A DNA stretch of 64,000 nucleotides from Podarcis tiliguerta. Taxonomy: Eukaryota. The translations under genes and the position numbers were made by a program. The notes under the pieces are model-generated. The model worked only from the letters and a program-made list of their open reading frames with translations, ran no database searches and was not told where the DNA came from. Positions 13,990-27,568 of this stretch are shown piece by piece. The stretch lies in the NCBI GenBank assembly GCA_965153285.1, contig OZ229116.1, one strand, 5' to 3'. Each line of letters begins with the position of its first letter. The stretch's first letter is position 1.

Positions 13990-16100
13990 GGGGTGGTGGA
14001 AATGCCTGCTCTTTTTTGCCTGTGTTTTAGGGTTCTATGGGTGTTACGGGAAGGTGTATCCAGACTTTTATCTTGGATCTGCAAAAAAACCACCATATTA
14101 GGACAGTTTTATTCCAACTTCATTGACTTTTTTTTATTGCTGTCGTTTATTTGTTTAATTTTTAGGATTGTTGTGAAATGTACTTTTTTGTAAGCTACCT
14201 TCAGTATGATTTATTTATTTTTTAGAAAAATTATTGCTTTTTCACATATTATTAACATAATTTAAAATACCATAAACAACAATACCAGCTAATCTGTCAT
14301 TTCTTGAAAAAAAGGCGTAACAGCAGCTTAAAGTTGGTCTCACTACTTAGAACCAGTTTATAATGCATATTAAGAACAAATCCAATAGGAAAGGTGGGGT
14401 ATAAATGTAACAAGCCCATCAATTATGTAGCCCACTGTAATATAGACCAAGTACTGTATGTGATTCTTATCTCATAACTGAATAAGTATATTCAACTCCG
14501 AAGTATATGCCTGCAACTCTTTTGGATATTGTAGTTGCATGTAATTAACACATCATTTTCGCCAGTGGGGTGCATGCCAAATTACTGTAACAGTCAGCTG
14601 TAGAATATTCTTAGTCTTTATTTTTTTTAGTGTTGGGGAGACATGACAGATTATGGAAAAGCTGACATACAGGCTTGATTCAAATGTTACAGAACTGAGC
14701 CCAGTGGGCTCAGCCACTCATCCCCTTTCTCCCCAGTCCCCCTTTCTTCTTTTCATGGTTTAAAATAACTGGACTTTGTCAGGGCATTCAAAATTGAGCA
14801 GTCTCTGGCTTCTGTTGATTGTAGTTGTTCAAAAACAGGGTCAGAGAAGCAATGGTTTGGAGAAACCCAGTTTGAAGGCATACTAGTTATGAGTAGCCAT
14901 AGTTTGCCTGATTCAGACTTCATGGCAAACTGCAATTATCTCAAAGCATGGATGGGAGGTAAACAAAGTCAATGAATTATGTAACAGGTTATTGGAAGAT
15001 GCAACAAGTCCTTGTATTAAAACATAAGTGTGGGAGGAAATAAATTAGGAACTCATCCACTGAAATATTTTCTGATCTCTTTAGTATTCATTGAACCCAT
15101 CCTTCCACCTCTACACTCACCATGTTTACAATATCCAGCTTCCATCTGTAGCCATGACAAATGCTTACACTCTATCAACAATAAACATTTCCAGTATTAC
15201 AGCCAGTTGTAGTCCAAAAACAGGTGGAGACCCAAGTTTGGGAAACACTGCTTTAAAGTTTTGGGTTGGTTGGTTGGTTGGTTTGCAAGTTATCTGTTTT
15301 GACCTAAGAAATACCGCCCCCTTCCCATAAAGAGTAGGAAGGCATTAAAAGCAATAAATCACTCAGGCATAAACAGCCTGGAAATATATACAAAACACTG
15401 TTTTGTTAATTAATATGCTCAGGCCTATTGATATATGTACTTGATGGTGTTTGATGGATTTAGGGCTAGCTTTTATTTTCTTCAAGTTTAAAATGTTTAA
15501 TTATTCAAACTTTACTTATTTAATTTATTCAGACTGATGCACTATCATATTCTCTAAGACTTGGTGGTAGTGCCTCAGGGATTCTGTGATCAGGATGAGG
15601 GCAGACTGGCAATCACTCTGAAGTTATTGAATGTAACTATTTCCTTATCCTATAATCCTAAAAGCTATTAACCAATTAATGAACTTTTTTGGGTATGTTT
15701 TTATTTATTTTCAAGAATAATATTTAGGTTCAGAATAATAAAAATGTCTTAAGCACTACAGAAATTTGTCGTTTTTGAGTCAGTAGCACTTGCTGCAAAG
15801 GTTGGTGAATGCAATACATCATTAATGAACAGTTTTAACAACAAATACTTAAAACAAGCATTCCACAATTATCCAACCCAACCCACTGCTGGTTACTTGG
15901 TAACAGTGAATTCAACAAATGAATGAAGCAGCACCAGGCCATCTTTTTCAATCTACATTTAGTTTACTGCTGATCTAGCTGTTTTGGAACTGTTTGTAAT
16001 GACTTGGTTTTAACTGTTTTTGTTTATAATTTTAATAGTTCTTGTAAATCACTTAAGAGGTTTGGTAGATAACAATCAAGTGGCATGTATACTTTGTTAA

Positions 16101-16101
<1 letters not shown>

Positions 16102-16135
<34 letters not shown>
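16102..16135. repeat. (TAA)n microsatellite, probably the tail of an L2-type LINE 3' end starting near 15990
   Basis: Read directly; preceded by a T-rich tract and TGTAAATCACTTAAGAG, which resembles squamate L2 termini. Confidence 0.85.
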
Positions 16136-16341
16136 TAGCATCTTCCACATTTTCCTGGACCTCGTTTGATTCCAGGGCATAGGGTTTGGAATGGTAGATG
16201 GCAATTGGAAAAGGAAAACGATGGAGGATATTTGGTTAGGAGGAAAAACACCAAAAATTCCTGGGGGAGGTGAATTTCTTCTGTCTTAATTTTGGTTCAG
16301 CTCTAATAATAACTCTTTACAGGAAAAAAGGGGGATAATTG

Positions 16342-16659
16342 CCGTATTTTTCGCTCTATAGGACACACTTTTCCCCCTCCAAAAATTAAGGGGAAACGTG
16401 TCTGTCCTATGGAGCAAATGCAGGCTCCTTGGCTTCAGTGATAGCAACGTGAAGCCTCCGAAGCGCAGAGGGAGTGCTCCATCCGCGCTCCGGAGGCTTC
16501 ACATTTCTTGCTCTGAAGCCTGGAGAGCGAGAGGGGTCGGTGCGCACTGACCTCTCTCGCTCTCCAGGCTGAAGGGGCACTGCGCAGAGAGGGGAAGAAT
16601 GTTTTTTTCTTGTTCTCCCCCTCTAAAACAAGGTGCGTCCTATAGAGCAGTAAATACGG
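16342..16659. mobile_element. pogo/Tc1-mariner-type MITE with internal palindromes
   Basis: TIRs CCGTATTTTTCGCTCTATAGGACACAC / GTGCGTCCTATAGAGCAGTAAATACGG; right flank TA, left flank TG. Same family as 38825-39066, in opposite orientation. Confidence 0.88.
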
Positions 16660-16829
16660 TAAATACAATTTCACTTTATTTTAAAGTTTGACATCAGTTC
16701 TAGTTTGATGTTTGAAACATTTAAGCATGGGTTTAACTCCCACATCTTGATGATCCCATACCAAACTGCGCTTGCCCTGATTAACTGCTTTTGCGTTACT
16801 ATATCTATATCTATAGCTATATACACACA

Positions 16830-17067
16830 CGGTGGTACCTCTGGTTACGTACTTAATTCGTTCCGGGGGTCCGTTCTTAACCTGAAACTGTTCTTAACCT
16901 GAAGCATCACTTTAGCTAATGGGGCCTCCCATGTCGCGCCACCGCCATGCGATTTCTGTTCTTATCCTGAAGCAAAGTTCTTAACTCGAGGTACTATTTC
17001 TCGGTTAGCGGAGTCTGTAACCTGAAGCGTTTGTAACCAAAAGCGTATGTAAGCCGAGGTACCATTG
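16830..17067 (-). mobile_element. Tigger-like MITE (CAGTGGTACCTC family)
   Basis: Ends CGGTGGTACCTC / GAGGTACCATTG followed by TA, with repeated TAACCTGAAG subterminal motifs. It is the reverse-complement homologue of 61184-61391; the strand is assigned relative to that copy. Confidence 0.9.
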
Positions 17068-20000
17068 TATAGTAAACTACCTAATTACATTCCTGTCTGC
17101 TTTTGCTCTGGGTAGGGTCCTGTCTGTGCCAGTCCTCCACAGGGGCACCAAAAATTATTGAAGTTCCCTGCAAGTTTTTTATTATTATTTAATTAATTAA
17201 ATTTATGTACTTCTTACTGCCAAAATGACTTCTAAGTGGTTTACAAATGTAAAGCTAATTGTAAAAATATATCCCTGCGTAATTAAAATGCACAATAACA
17301 CCAAAACATTAGAAACATCCATAATCCACCTGTCACTTTAAAAAAAATTATACTTAATGCAAGTACACAGGTTTAATGGGTCATCTTCCAGTCGGAGTGA
17401 AATTCCTTTCCAGCCAGGCCTGGTGCTGCGCCAGTCAAATGAGCTGAACTAAGAAACCCAGATCATCCCAGATGCTTCTTACCATATTCCAAAGTTTTTT
17501 TTTATGATGCTTCTAATGCGTTTTGGCATAGCAGGTACTGCACACAGGTGCAGCCATTGCCTTCTGCACAATTTTCTCCGGCCTAGGAAAGTTTTCCTGT
17601 GCAGTGCTTAGAAGCAATAATAAACCATTGATTTGCGCCCAAATTGTTCTTAGGCAATTATAAGGAATTGATCTAGCCAGGCTGTGGCTGGTGGCACTGA
17701 GTGTTTTGCAGCCCTTGTTACCTCTGACCTCGTAACTGCAGCACTGACTCATTGAGAGAGGAAAGGAGGGGGGGAAACCTTGTCCCTTCAGATGAGGTTT
17801 TAATTTTAAGCTTCTAGCAGGTATAGAAAAACGAGCTGTTGAAATGGTCAGGAGAAGAGACGTGGGTTGCATAAGTAAGGCATTTGCAAGCAGTCTGTTG
17901 CTCTGTATTGAACTGCAGTAAGCTCTAAGCAAGTGGGCTTCCTGTATTCTGCTGTTCTGCTGTGGTCATAGATAGGCTTAGAATCAGGAACTGCATCAGC
18001 TGGCGTGCTCTGTATCTCAGCTGTCACAAGAAGAGTGCACTAATAGTCATGATTAAATGTCATTAGTCTGTGGCTCAGGAACAGAGATGCTGGCGTTGTT
18101 TTGGGGGCAGTTCTTGTTAAAATTCAGCAATAGTAGCAAATTATGTCTGCTATGGATTAAGCCCAGCCATTTTTGATCCACATTCTGTTGCATGCACTTG
18201 AATTCCTGTCAATAAGCTTATGCCTTATAGGCATTGATTCCTGCAGGCCTTTAGCTAAAGAACAAAAAAGGCACTCAGTGATCGAATCTGTGAAACTGTT
18301 GTGCTTGCGGAAAGCCAGCATTTGTTGAAATTCCACACCAAATCAGCCAGGGCAATAGATTAAAATAAATTTATTAGAGAGTAACTCTGTGCCTTATTTT
18401 AATCTGTTATCCTCGATTTCTCTCTTACTTGACCTGTTGTTATTTATCTGACTCCATATGTCTGTATTCTGAATTTTTATCGTGAAGTGCAGGGACACAA
18501 ACAGTACCTTTTAAAAAAACCACCAAATGTATCTTTTTTACTTCTTATATGTTTCCTGCTAGCATTCCATAATATGGTAACTGTATCTCCGAAGGAGTGA
18601 GAATGAAATAGGTTTTGGTTATTGATTTTAAAAGCATGATGTGTTTTATGTTTGTTTGGCAATATTTTGCATCATAAATAAAGGAGAACATTGTAACTGT
18701 AGAAAATATGGCAGAAATAGCATCCTTTATTTTTTCTGCTTTTCACTGCTTATTCTAGAGCAGCATTTGGGGGCTAGACAGTGTGGATGTTAGGGGACAA
18801 GGATATGGGAATGGGGATAAGCAGGAACCTTAGATTTTGGAAATGTGACAGATGGATCTTTTTGTGTGCGATAAAAGTAGTAGATTTTTAATATAATGTT
18901 AATAGTTGTGGGTTATATTAAACTATGCGGAGCAAGAGAGCAGTTACCCTTGCCCATTTAGGTGATGAACCTCATTTCATTATGCAGAATATAGCTGAGT
19001 AATTCTTGAATGAGAGGAGAAGTTTCTGGTAGTCCTTTGTATTCTGCATTTGCTTACTCGAATAAAATGAATAATCACATATAAATATGAGTATGAATGA
19101 AATCTAGGGTCCCCCCCCCCCCCCCGTATATGTTGCAACCTGTAAAATATTGGTAGCAGTCTTCAGAATATTTCTTAAGTTTTACAGTTCTAAATGAACA
19201 TAATGTTCTGGCATGGCTGCATTTATAATGTATATTGTGGCCAATGTCACCTTATTGCCCCTTTTGAGGTAACAACACAAATGGCCATGTGAACTGGTGC
19301 TTTGGTTTCATGGATCACAGGATGAAAGATGCTGACTCCAAAGAAGACAGGATTCCAGGGGTCCCTAGACTCTCGGATATAAGGCCATTGCCTTGAATAT
19401 CATTTACAAATGAGTTGGCAACCTGCCAGAAGGTATTATTTGGGGAAACTAAGGTAACGTACTTCTCCTTACCCACACTCCATTTGCCAGAGTTGCCTGT
19501 TCTGTTCAAGAGCCTAACCTTGTACATGTGGTGATTGAGCTGTCACAGACAATGACAACTCTCATAAGTAGTATATGTTGTGTGCCTTTTGCCCAGCATA
19601 AATTCTTGGAAGAACTCTTTGCCTCATCATCCATAAAGTCACGCAAGACCTTGATGAATATAGTAGTCCACCATACTTAGCATCCTTTATCCTGCTCTCT
19701 GCACTTGCAGGCAAATCCACCACAGACACCTCGCTAACTGCTTAGAAGGGAGCTGAGATGCCTGAATCCTGTTTAGTCATAGTATATTTATTATCCATTA
19801 GTACAGTTTGTGTCAAGCTGAAAAACTGAAACCAAACTGAACTCTGTACGTTCCTGGTCACCTGTACTGCTCACTAAATGCTTGGAATCTAACTCAGACT
19901 ATAGCTACCCTGGTGTTTATGGCACTTTGCAGGCTTAAAATCTCTCAGAGCAAATTCTGTCCAAGGGAGTTAAATTTCCATATTGGCATTGATTCTTAAG

Positions 20001-20727
20001 ACTCAGCCCTGAGGCTGAGACATCAAAGACCCCCACTTCCCCCTTGAGGGCAGATTCTGCCACCACAGAGGCAGATATCTCAGACTGGATATGAAAGCTG
20101 TTGTCCTCTATATGCCTAGTAAGAAAGCACTTGAGTTCAATCCTGGAAACTAGATGCCCAGATTAACTAGGCTGCTAACTCCTTCAGCTAATGTAGTTTT
20201 TCCTATGCATATATACTTATGAACATGTGTGTGTGCATATATAATCACACACACACACACACACGTTACACTTAGTGTGGTGAAAGCAAGAAGAAAGGTC
20301 TTTGATCTATTCTATTTTAGCCATTTTTATGGTTCAGAATGGAATATGGGCCTTCAGTACTATAGTTGTCATTCTGACAGTGCTTTTCCTCCTTCACCAA
20401 CTTGAACTCGCAGGCAGTGTGGCAAAGCAGAGGAAACAGGAGTTCATGAACACTGAGTCATCTGATTAGCCCTAGGAAATCCAATAGACTCTTCATTTTC
20501 TGTTGTGGTGAAAAGCTGACTTGTAGCAGAAAAGGCATGCTGTGGCTTCAGGGTGCCTACATGTACCAATCAACATACTTTCTCCAATAACAGAGAACCA
20601 ATATTTGCATCTGAGGTTCATCAGATGGACAAATGCTGCCTTCTTAGTCACTACCCCTCAGCTGCAGGGCAGCTTCCCAAGTGCATTTCTAAAATTTCAC
20701 TTACTAAGAGGGCTTTTGGAATGCAAT

Positions 20728-21013
20728 GGGACCAACTAAGTTTGTTCTGGGTAGAAGCTTTCGTGTGCATGCACACTTCTTCAGATACACCTGAGGTCAC
20801 CTGACCCTTACATATAGTGGGAGGGTGGGGTGGGGTTTTTCTCAGAAGGGTAGTAGGAGATGGGTGATTGACTCAATGGGTATGGTAAACCTGTTGATGA
20901 CTGTTAATGACTGCAATTAGTCCTACAGGAAAAGGCAAGGGATAGTATGCAGATAACCAAAAATAGCTTTAGCATATGTAATGAGACAAGAATCCAATAT
21001 CTCTATTCACACC
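20728..21013 (-). mobile_element. Penelope-like element fragment
   Basis: GACCAACTAAGTTTGTTCTGGGTAGAAGCTTTCGTGTGCATGCACACTTCTTCAG contains the reverse complement of the CTGAAGAAG...CGAAAGC terminal motif of reptile Penelope elements. Confidence 0.75.
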
Positions 21014-22835
21014 ATACTGTACATCAGTTGCTGTATTCGTTTTGGGCCTGGCTCTTTTTGTAGTTCATATTTTTGTAGCTTTTTTTTTTTCATATTTGTT
21101 GTTTGCTACCCTGCATGTCAAAATTCATAAAAAGATGGCATGTGGGTGTGCATATTATATATTAAAGTAACAAAACTAAATGTTGCTCCCTAAGAAGGGC
21201 AGTATAAAATCCTGTTATGTTGAGGTCCATCCAAAAACTGGATTATATTGACCCAATTAGCACATAACACTAAGCCAGATGCTGACACTGGGCCTGCCTG
21301 AAACCTTGAGACTCCTTGAGCTTTGCATTTTACAGTGTTAAAACTTTTGGAAGCATCTGGAGTCAGCTGCTGATCGAGACCAGAAACTAGGTTGGACAGG
21401 TCATTGGTATGGTTTACCCTCCCTCGTACAGCCAAATCAAAACAGCTATAGAACAGTTTGGGTAGATTTTCCCATTCCTAGTTCAGGTCAGAAGGATGAG
21501 TTGATGGTTTTGCCCCTTGACTGAAGGCAAATTGAAAACTACATTTCAGGTAAGTACAACTGTACTTTCTATTTGTATCAGCTCTTGGAGTTGAGAACTT
21601 GGTGTCTTGAAGGTCAAATAATCATCATCACAGAACTAGTGCCTGTCTTAGGCTGTTTTTATTTCCAGGGACCATGCTAGTGCAGTATTCAGCTGGGGAA
21701 ATGGTAAGGTATAGCTAATTTGTACATATGACAAGGTTGGTACTGGGTGCTAAAAAGTAATTTAGTACATGTGGGAGAGTTTGACAGCTGCCCTTGTTAT
21801 GGATTTGTCCCTGGACCCAGTCTAGCTCAATACATAAGTCATGGCTTCAACATATTTAAGAGACATGTCTGACCAGGGTTGTTGTAGACATAGACAGACC
21901 CATCAAAGTATGGTCCATCCCAGTTCTATGTGTTGATAGAACTAAGTTTGTCCCATCCTATTTCCATGTGGATTTTAAAGGGAAAATCTTTCAAAACCTG
22001 CAAAGAAATATGAATGTTCTTTTAAAAAGTGGTCAAAGGGCTTCACTATTGCCTCTGTGATTTGTCCCCATTTAGATATCCACCCCCACCCCCTTTAAAA
22101 AAGACTACAGTCCCCAGAAGTCTTCCAGCCACTCACAGCCTGGAGTGGCTAGTTCAGCAGGGCTTCTGGCTGCCAAAAGTGTACCCTTGCACCCTTGGCA
22201 AGGAACTGAATTGGTGTCCCCCCTTTCTCTCCTCTGTTGAGGCACCCAGAAGAGCCTACAAACCTCACCCAGGTGGCTGTAGTAGTTGAGGAGAGGCCTG
22301 AGGAGCACAGGAATAGACGGGCGGGCTCCTAGCCAGAATGAAGAGGTGGGGAGTAGTGGCGGGCCTGTGCCCTTTGCAGGGCCCAACCTAACCATCCCCT
22401 AGGTATGCCCCTGCTGGCTGCTCTGCACTTTGAGGCAGGACCTGATGATTCCATCAGTCTCAGAGGGAATTATACAGGAAAAACAAGGCCGTCCTCAATA
22501 TTTACCCTCATTAAGGCCAAAGTAAAATATAAGGCTCCGTTGATGGGACATGAGGAAATGCGTGCTCTAACCACACCCACCAAGTGCCTTCATCCATCTA
22601 AGCCAGTTAACAGAGTCTGTTATTCATAGGCATTCAAGCCTAAGTGGTACATCAACAAATCATTCTTCTACTCTGGCGCATTAAGTGACTTTGGATGTGT
22701 AGGGTCTGGAAATCATGCCCTAAGGTTAGCTCTTGGAGTCTGAGATGTTCCCCAGGAATAATCTTTCTTAAGGTCCATGTCTTCTGGGATGTTAATGGAA
22801 TGAAACCAATTTCTGAATCACAACTGATCTTCATC

Positions 22836-23310
22836 ATATATTCAATCTTCTTTACATTTCCACAGGGGGGGGAAATTGTTTTATTCATCATTCTGGATGG
22901 TTATTTTTTGGGTGGGGGGAGGCATTAAGAAGTTCCAACTCTCATGGTTACAGTCATTTAGAGGGTAAACATGCAGGCATAAATTGATTTAACTGGAACG
23001 TACCTTCATATTGCTGTTCAGTTTAACTAGTGGTAATTCGTTAAACATTCCTACAGTCACAAATGCTATCTGTAGTGGACTTTGGCATTCTGGCTTTCCT
23101 CAGCCCCAAGGTCTTCACCAAAATCCTGGTGGCTCACAATGAAAATTATCTCAATCTTTGCGTGTTTAGATGACATCTTGATCAGATTGCTATCTGATCA
23201 ATGTGAACCAGATGCTGCAGTGCCTGCAGAGTCAAGTATTTGTAATAACAGGAACAATAGCATGTTCTTGCCAACCAGAAACTGGAACATCTGGGAATCA
23301 TTCTGGACAT
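22836..23310 (+). mobile_element. Degenerate DIRS1-like retrotransposon reverse-transcriptase fragment
   Basis: Ordered motifs: YSIFFTFP...ILD (22839), IDLTGTYLHIAV (22983), LAFWLSSAPR then VFTKIL (23082), IFACLDDILIR (23154) and LEHLGIILD (23282). Contains stops and frameshifts. Confidence 0.8.
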
Positions 23311-23687
23311 GAGTTTGAATAGGATGATTCTGTCCCCTGAGAGCCAAACAAGGGCCTTGCAGCTCTCCTAAGAAATAGTTCAATAGTGGCATGTGGATCG
23401 CATGACACTAACCTAGTTGCTAGGCATGGCAGTGTTTGCCAGGAGGTGGTGTACTGTTGTTATTTGCATGCATGCCATTACACAGGGTTTTCCACCCCAT
23501 GAAAAGGATGTGGCAAGGTCCCAGCACTGATTTCTCATGTTACTATCCCATCATGTCAAGCTAGTTTTTCAGTGTTGGACTCTCCCCCCACAATTCCAGA
23601 GAGTCAGTACCAATTCAGTACCACACCAAGGATGCACATCACAATGAGTGTGTGTATTTTGAATTGGGGAACCCACTTTGTGGAGGT

Positions 23688-23825
23688 CAGGTATGGGGAA
23701 CCTCTGATCCTTCAGATATTGCTAAAGTACAATTCCCATCATCCATGGCCATTTCCCATGCTTGCTGGGGTTGATGGTAGCTGTATTACAGCCACAGCTA
23801 GAGGACCAAATATTCCCCATACTTG
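23688..23825. mobile_element. Palindromic hAT-type MITE (ACTACAACTCCCATC family), diverged
   Basis: TIRs CAGGTATGGGGAA / TTCCCCATACTTG and an internal AGTACAATTCCCATCATC arm. The 8-bp flanks share only AGGT. Confidence 0.75.
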
Positions 23826-24705
23826 AAGTAGGTGATGTGATGTCTAAGGAATCAAGTCTCTACTAATAGAGACTCTACTCAAATAATACTTGTTGCTCTG
23901 CTAGCTAACTGGGCTCCAGCACTACTGTAAAAGTAGACTTGCTTTGGTATTGAAGACCCAGCCCAATGGGTTGCTGCTCTAGCACAGTGGTACAGGGGTG
24001 GGCCCTCTTAAGTCCCATAACCTTGGTGGGACTAATTCATTTGTCAATGGTTGCTAAAATACGTAGCCCCAGAAATGTTTACCCTGCCCCCCCAGAACAG
24101 AGCTGGAAACAATGGACAGGTGTGAATGCTCATGTTTGTGGAGATCCATATTGTCACCAAATGATAAATAAAAAACATGTGTTCATTAAAAAAAAATCCA
24201 AAATCTTTCTCCCCCAAAAATAGTAACGAGAGAAGAGTAGGAAGAAGAAAATGACAGCGGTAACAAGAATTAAGCCGACCCTCCATTTCTTTCCAGTGGG
24301 GGTAAAAATGTGAATAGGAATAACATTGTATAGTGTCAACCATCAGAACTCAAAAACAGACAATAAAAAGACCTTTTTAATTTTTTTGTTTACCCTTCAG
24401 GATACTGTTTACCTTATCACTATAGGGGAAGCTAGCATAGCATCCCTTTTAAAAACTGGTCTGAGTTCATTCTGTATCTCCAGGTCGTCGTCTGGCCGGT
24501 GATGAAGTGGGCATGTCAGCCTGGGGTTAGGAAAGCTGTATGGGGAGCTGTTGGACTCATTTTCTCTCCTTCCCCCCCCCCCCCACCTCACTCACTCTGC
24601 CTGTCTCTTGCTTTTTTCCTTCCCAAACCGTTCGGTCTGTCTATCTGTCTGTCTCTCTCTCTCTCTTTCCCTTTTTTTCAGCTGAAATTATCTCCCCCTT
24701 CTCCC

Positions 24706-25416
24706 NNNNNNNNNNNNNNNNNNNNNNNNNNNNNNNNNNNNNNNNNNNNNNNNNNNNNNNNNNNNNNNNNNNNNNNNNNNNNNNNNNNNNNNNNNNNNNN
24801 NNNNNNNNNNNNNNNNNNNNNNNNNNNNNNNNNNNNNNNNNNNNNNNNNNNNNNNNNNNNNNNNNNNNNNNNNNNNNNNNNNNNNNNNNNNNNNNNNNNN
24901 NNNNNNNNNNNNNNNNNNNNNNNNNNNNNNNNNNNNNNNNNNNNNNNNNNNNNNNNNNNNNNNNNNNNNNNNNNNNNNNNNNNNNNNNNNNNNNNNNNNN
25001 NNNNNNNNNNNNNNNNNNNNNNNNNNNNNNNNNNNNNNNNNNNNNNNNNNNNNNNNNNNNNNNNNNNNNNNNNNNNNNNNNNNNNNNNNNNNNNNNNNNN
25101 NNNNNNNNNNNNNNNNNNNNNNNNNNNNNNNNNNNNNNNNNNNNNNNNNNNNNNNNNNNNNNNNNNNNNNNNNNNNNNNNNNNNNNNNNNNNNNNNNCCT
25201 CTATAACTGCAAATCAGACCCTTTCCCCTATGCCGATTTCATTAGAATGGCCAGCATGGTGCAGAGAGAGGAGGAGAGNNNNNNNNNNNNNNNNNNNNNN
25301 NNNNNNNNNNNNNNNNNNNNNNNNNNNNNNNNNNNNNNNNNNNNNNNNNNNNNNNNNNNNNNNNNNNNNNNNNNNNNNNNNNNNNNNNNNNNNNNNNNNN
25401 NNNNNNNNNNNNNNNN
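24706..25416. other. Two N-blocks (24706-25197, 492 bp; 25279-25416, 138 bp) separated by 81 called bases
   Basis: Runs of N. Confidence 0.99.
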
Positions 25417-26319
25417 AGCGCTGGATATTAAATCTACGGCATGCAGACTTACTTTGGGGCCCTTAGAGAAAAGGCTAATTATAGAGAGAGGAATTGTGTT
25501 TACTGGTCTGTCTTGGGCAAAGATGTTGAAAGAAGTGCAACCAAGTTTTGCAGCTAAACATGACCGTCGGTTAATAGAGATATCAAAACAGTGCTTGTAG
25601 GTTGCCTTGTGCCTAATTATAGGAAATAGGATATTCTAAGTCATCCACCCTTAAAGTTAAATGGGGAAAAAAGATAAACCACTCACACACGAGCAAAGGC
25701 ACACACAGACAAGTGTGTGTGTGTGTAGATATATAGATAATTATTAAAACAGCTGTAGTTAAATGTGAGTGCAACTCTTTTGTCACTCACATGTATGTAG
25801 AAATTTCTTCTAGTTTAACTGCTCCTGTGTTTTTTTTAAAAAAGCCATTGCTTCTAGGTATAAACCCACTACCAGTATTTAAATAAAAATGGGTCATATG
25901 AAGGAAAGCGATAGTAATTCTGGCTCCTACAGCATACAGTAGAGAGATGCTTATGTAACAAGTTCTGACAAGAGGGACATTAACCTTTCATAATGCAAAT
26001 CAAAGGTAGGGAGACAAATCCCTGGAGCCTTTGGAAAGTGTAGTGTGCTTTACAAGGTGATGGTTCACATTTTTTAAAGCTGCTTTTTTATATAATAATA
26101 AACATAGAAATTAATTTAAGGCAGGATTCCCCTAACCAGGCCTGTCAGCAGAGGTCATGCAGAAGGACTTCTGCTTGCGCCATGGGACTTGCCCCTCCCT
26201 TTACTTCCTCCACACCTCCCCCCCCTCAAAATAATAATAATTTTTGCCTTGAGTGGTCAAGAGTGGTCAAGAGAACCAGCACGTGGAGGAAGCAGAGGGG
26301 TATATTCCTCCCTTATGTA

Positions 26320-26385
26320 ATGAAGTAGGCTATTGCCTACAAAAGCTCCAGCCACGATAAACCAGTTAGTCTCTGAGGTGCCACA
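26320..26385 (+). mobile_element. Penelope-like terminal fragment
   Basis: TGAAGTAGGC...AAAAGCT...GTTAGTCTCTGAGGTGCCACA resembles the reptile Penelope end motif GTTAGTCTTTAAGGTGCCACA. Confidence 0.6.
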
Positions 26386-27229
26386 TTGCCAGTTAAAACC
26401 ACATTACAATTCCTCCATATGAGTAAATCAAATGAAAATAAACAAAACTACATTTTATCAGGCAGTCCATTCAATTAAAAAAAATGGCTCCCTTTGCCTC
26501 CTTCATCATATTAGCAACATTCACATGAACTTCTTCATAAATGAGTAACTAGTGCTGATTCTTATCTCATGCTCCTTCTAGAATTCCCTTCTGTGCTGTT
26601 TTGCATGTGGATAATTCCTTGCAGGTGCGGTTAGTTTTAGGTTTCTCAGCCCCCCCCCCCAATACACCTAATTCTGGGATTGCTCTCAACACATGTAGCC
26701 TCTTGTAAACTGTTGTTGTGTGAATGTGCTGGCCACAACACCTAGCTATCACTTTCATTTAGAACTGATTTAAGTAGCCTTTCTGAAGGATTTTTGCTCA
26801 CTGAACTTACAATTAGGAAACACTGTAGTAAGCAACACCTAGTTTCGACTATATTCAGTATAGGGGCCTGTATAAGTTCTGCAGGATTTACAGACAATAC
26901 GTAAAATAAAAAAATTCCAACAAGCTTTGTATGCGTATATATGAAGATTTTGCCAGTGGGTGGCTGATTGTACCAAAATGCTATCAGCCCTGGTATTTTG
27001 CAGCTCCAGGCTGAAGCAAAGGCAGGCATGGGAAGTTAATGGCCCAAGTATAGCCATTCTGTTGATACCCACATGTCTGTAAGGATGGTGTCACACCTCC
27101 TATTTTGATGAGGCAAAAATTACCTCAAAACACTTTCTACCACAATGGAGTGAGAGATGCAGGCAGAAATTAATGGCTGTGACTAACTTAGGCACATGAA
27201 TTTCAATGGGTCTACTCTGAGTAAAAGTT

Positions 27230-27237
<8 letters not shown>

Positions 27238-27271
<34 letters not shown>
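27238..27271. repeat. (TA)n microsatellite
   Basis: Read directly. Confidence 0.95.
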
Positions 27272-27273
<2 letters not shown>

Positions 27274-27422
27274 TGTTTTCAGAACCCAATCAAACATAAA
27301 ATTGTGTTTTAAATACTAGGAAATTTAAAACATCCCTTGTCTCTCCAATGAAGCCCAAGGGAGTTAAAAAAATTGTGTTATATAACATATTTATGTCATT
27401 CCTCTTAAAGCAATGTTTGCTT

Positions 27423-27568
27423 CACAATAATCCCATGAGGTAGGCTAACTTGAGAGAAAGTGGATTTGCTAAAAGCCACCCAATGAGTTTTCATGGCTTG
27501 ACTACATATTTGAACCGGGGATTCCTGTGTCCAAGTCCTGTACGCTGACCTGAAAACCATCAACCATA
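27423..27568 (-). mobile_element. MIR-like CORE-SINE, diverged
   Basis: CACAATAATCCCATGAGGTAGG...CACCCAATGAGTTTTCATGGC...TTTGAACC (antisense B box) matches the MIR-type minus-strand pattern. Confidence 0.7.

Noticed and set aside
19320-19760. Possible further DIRS gag or recombinase remnants (for example KVLFGE)
   Set aside because: Only isolated short words with no ordered motif series; not supportable without a search.
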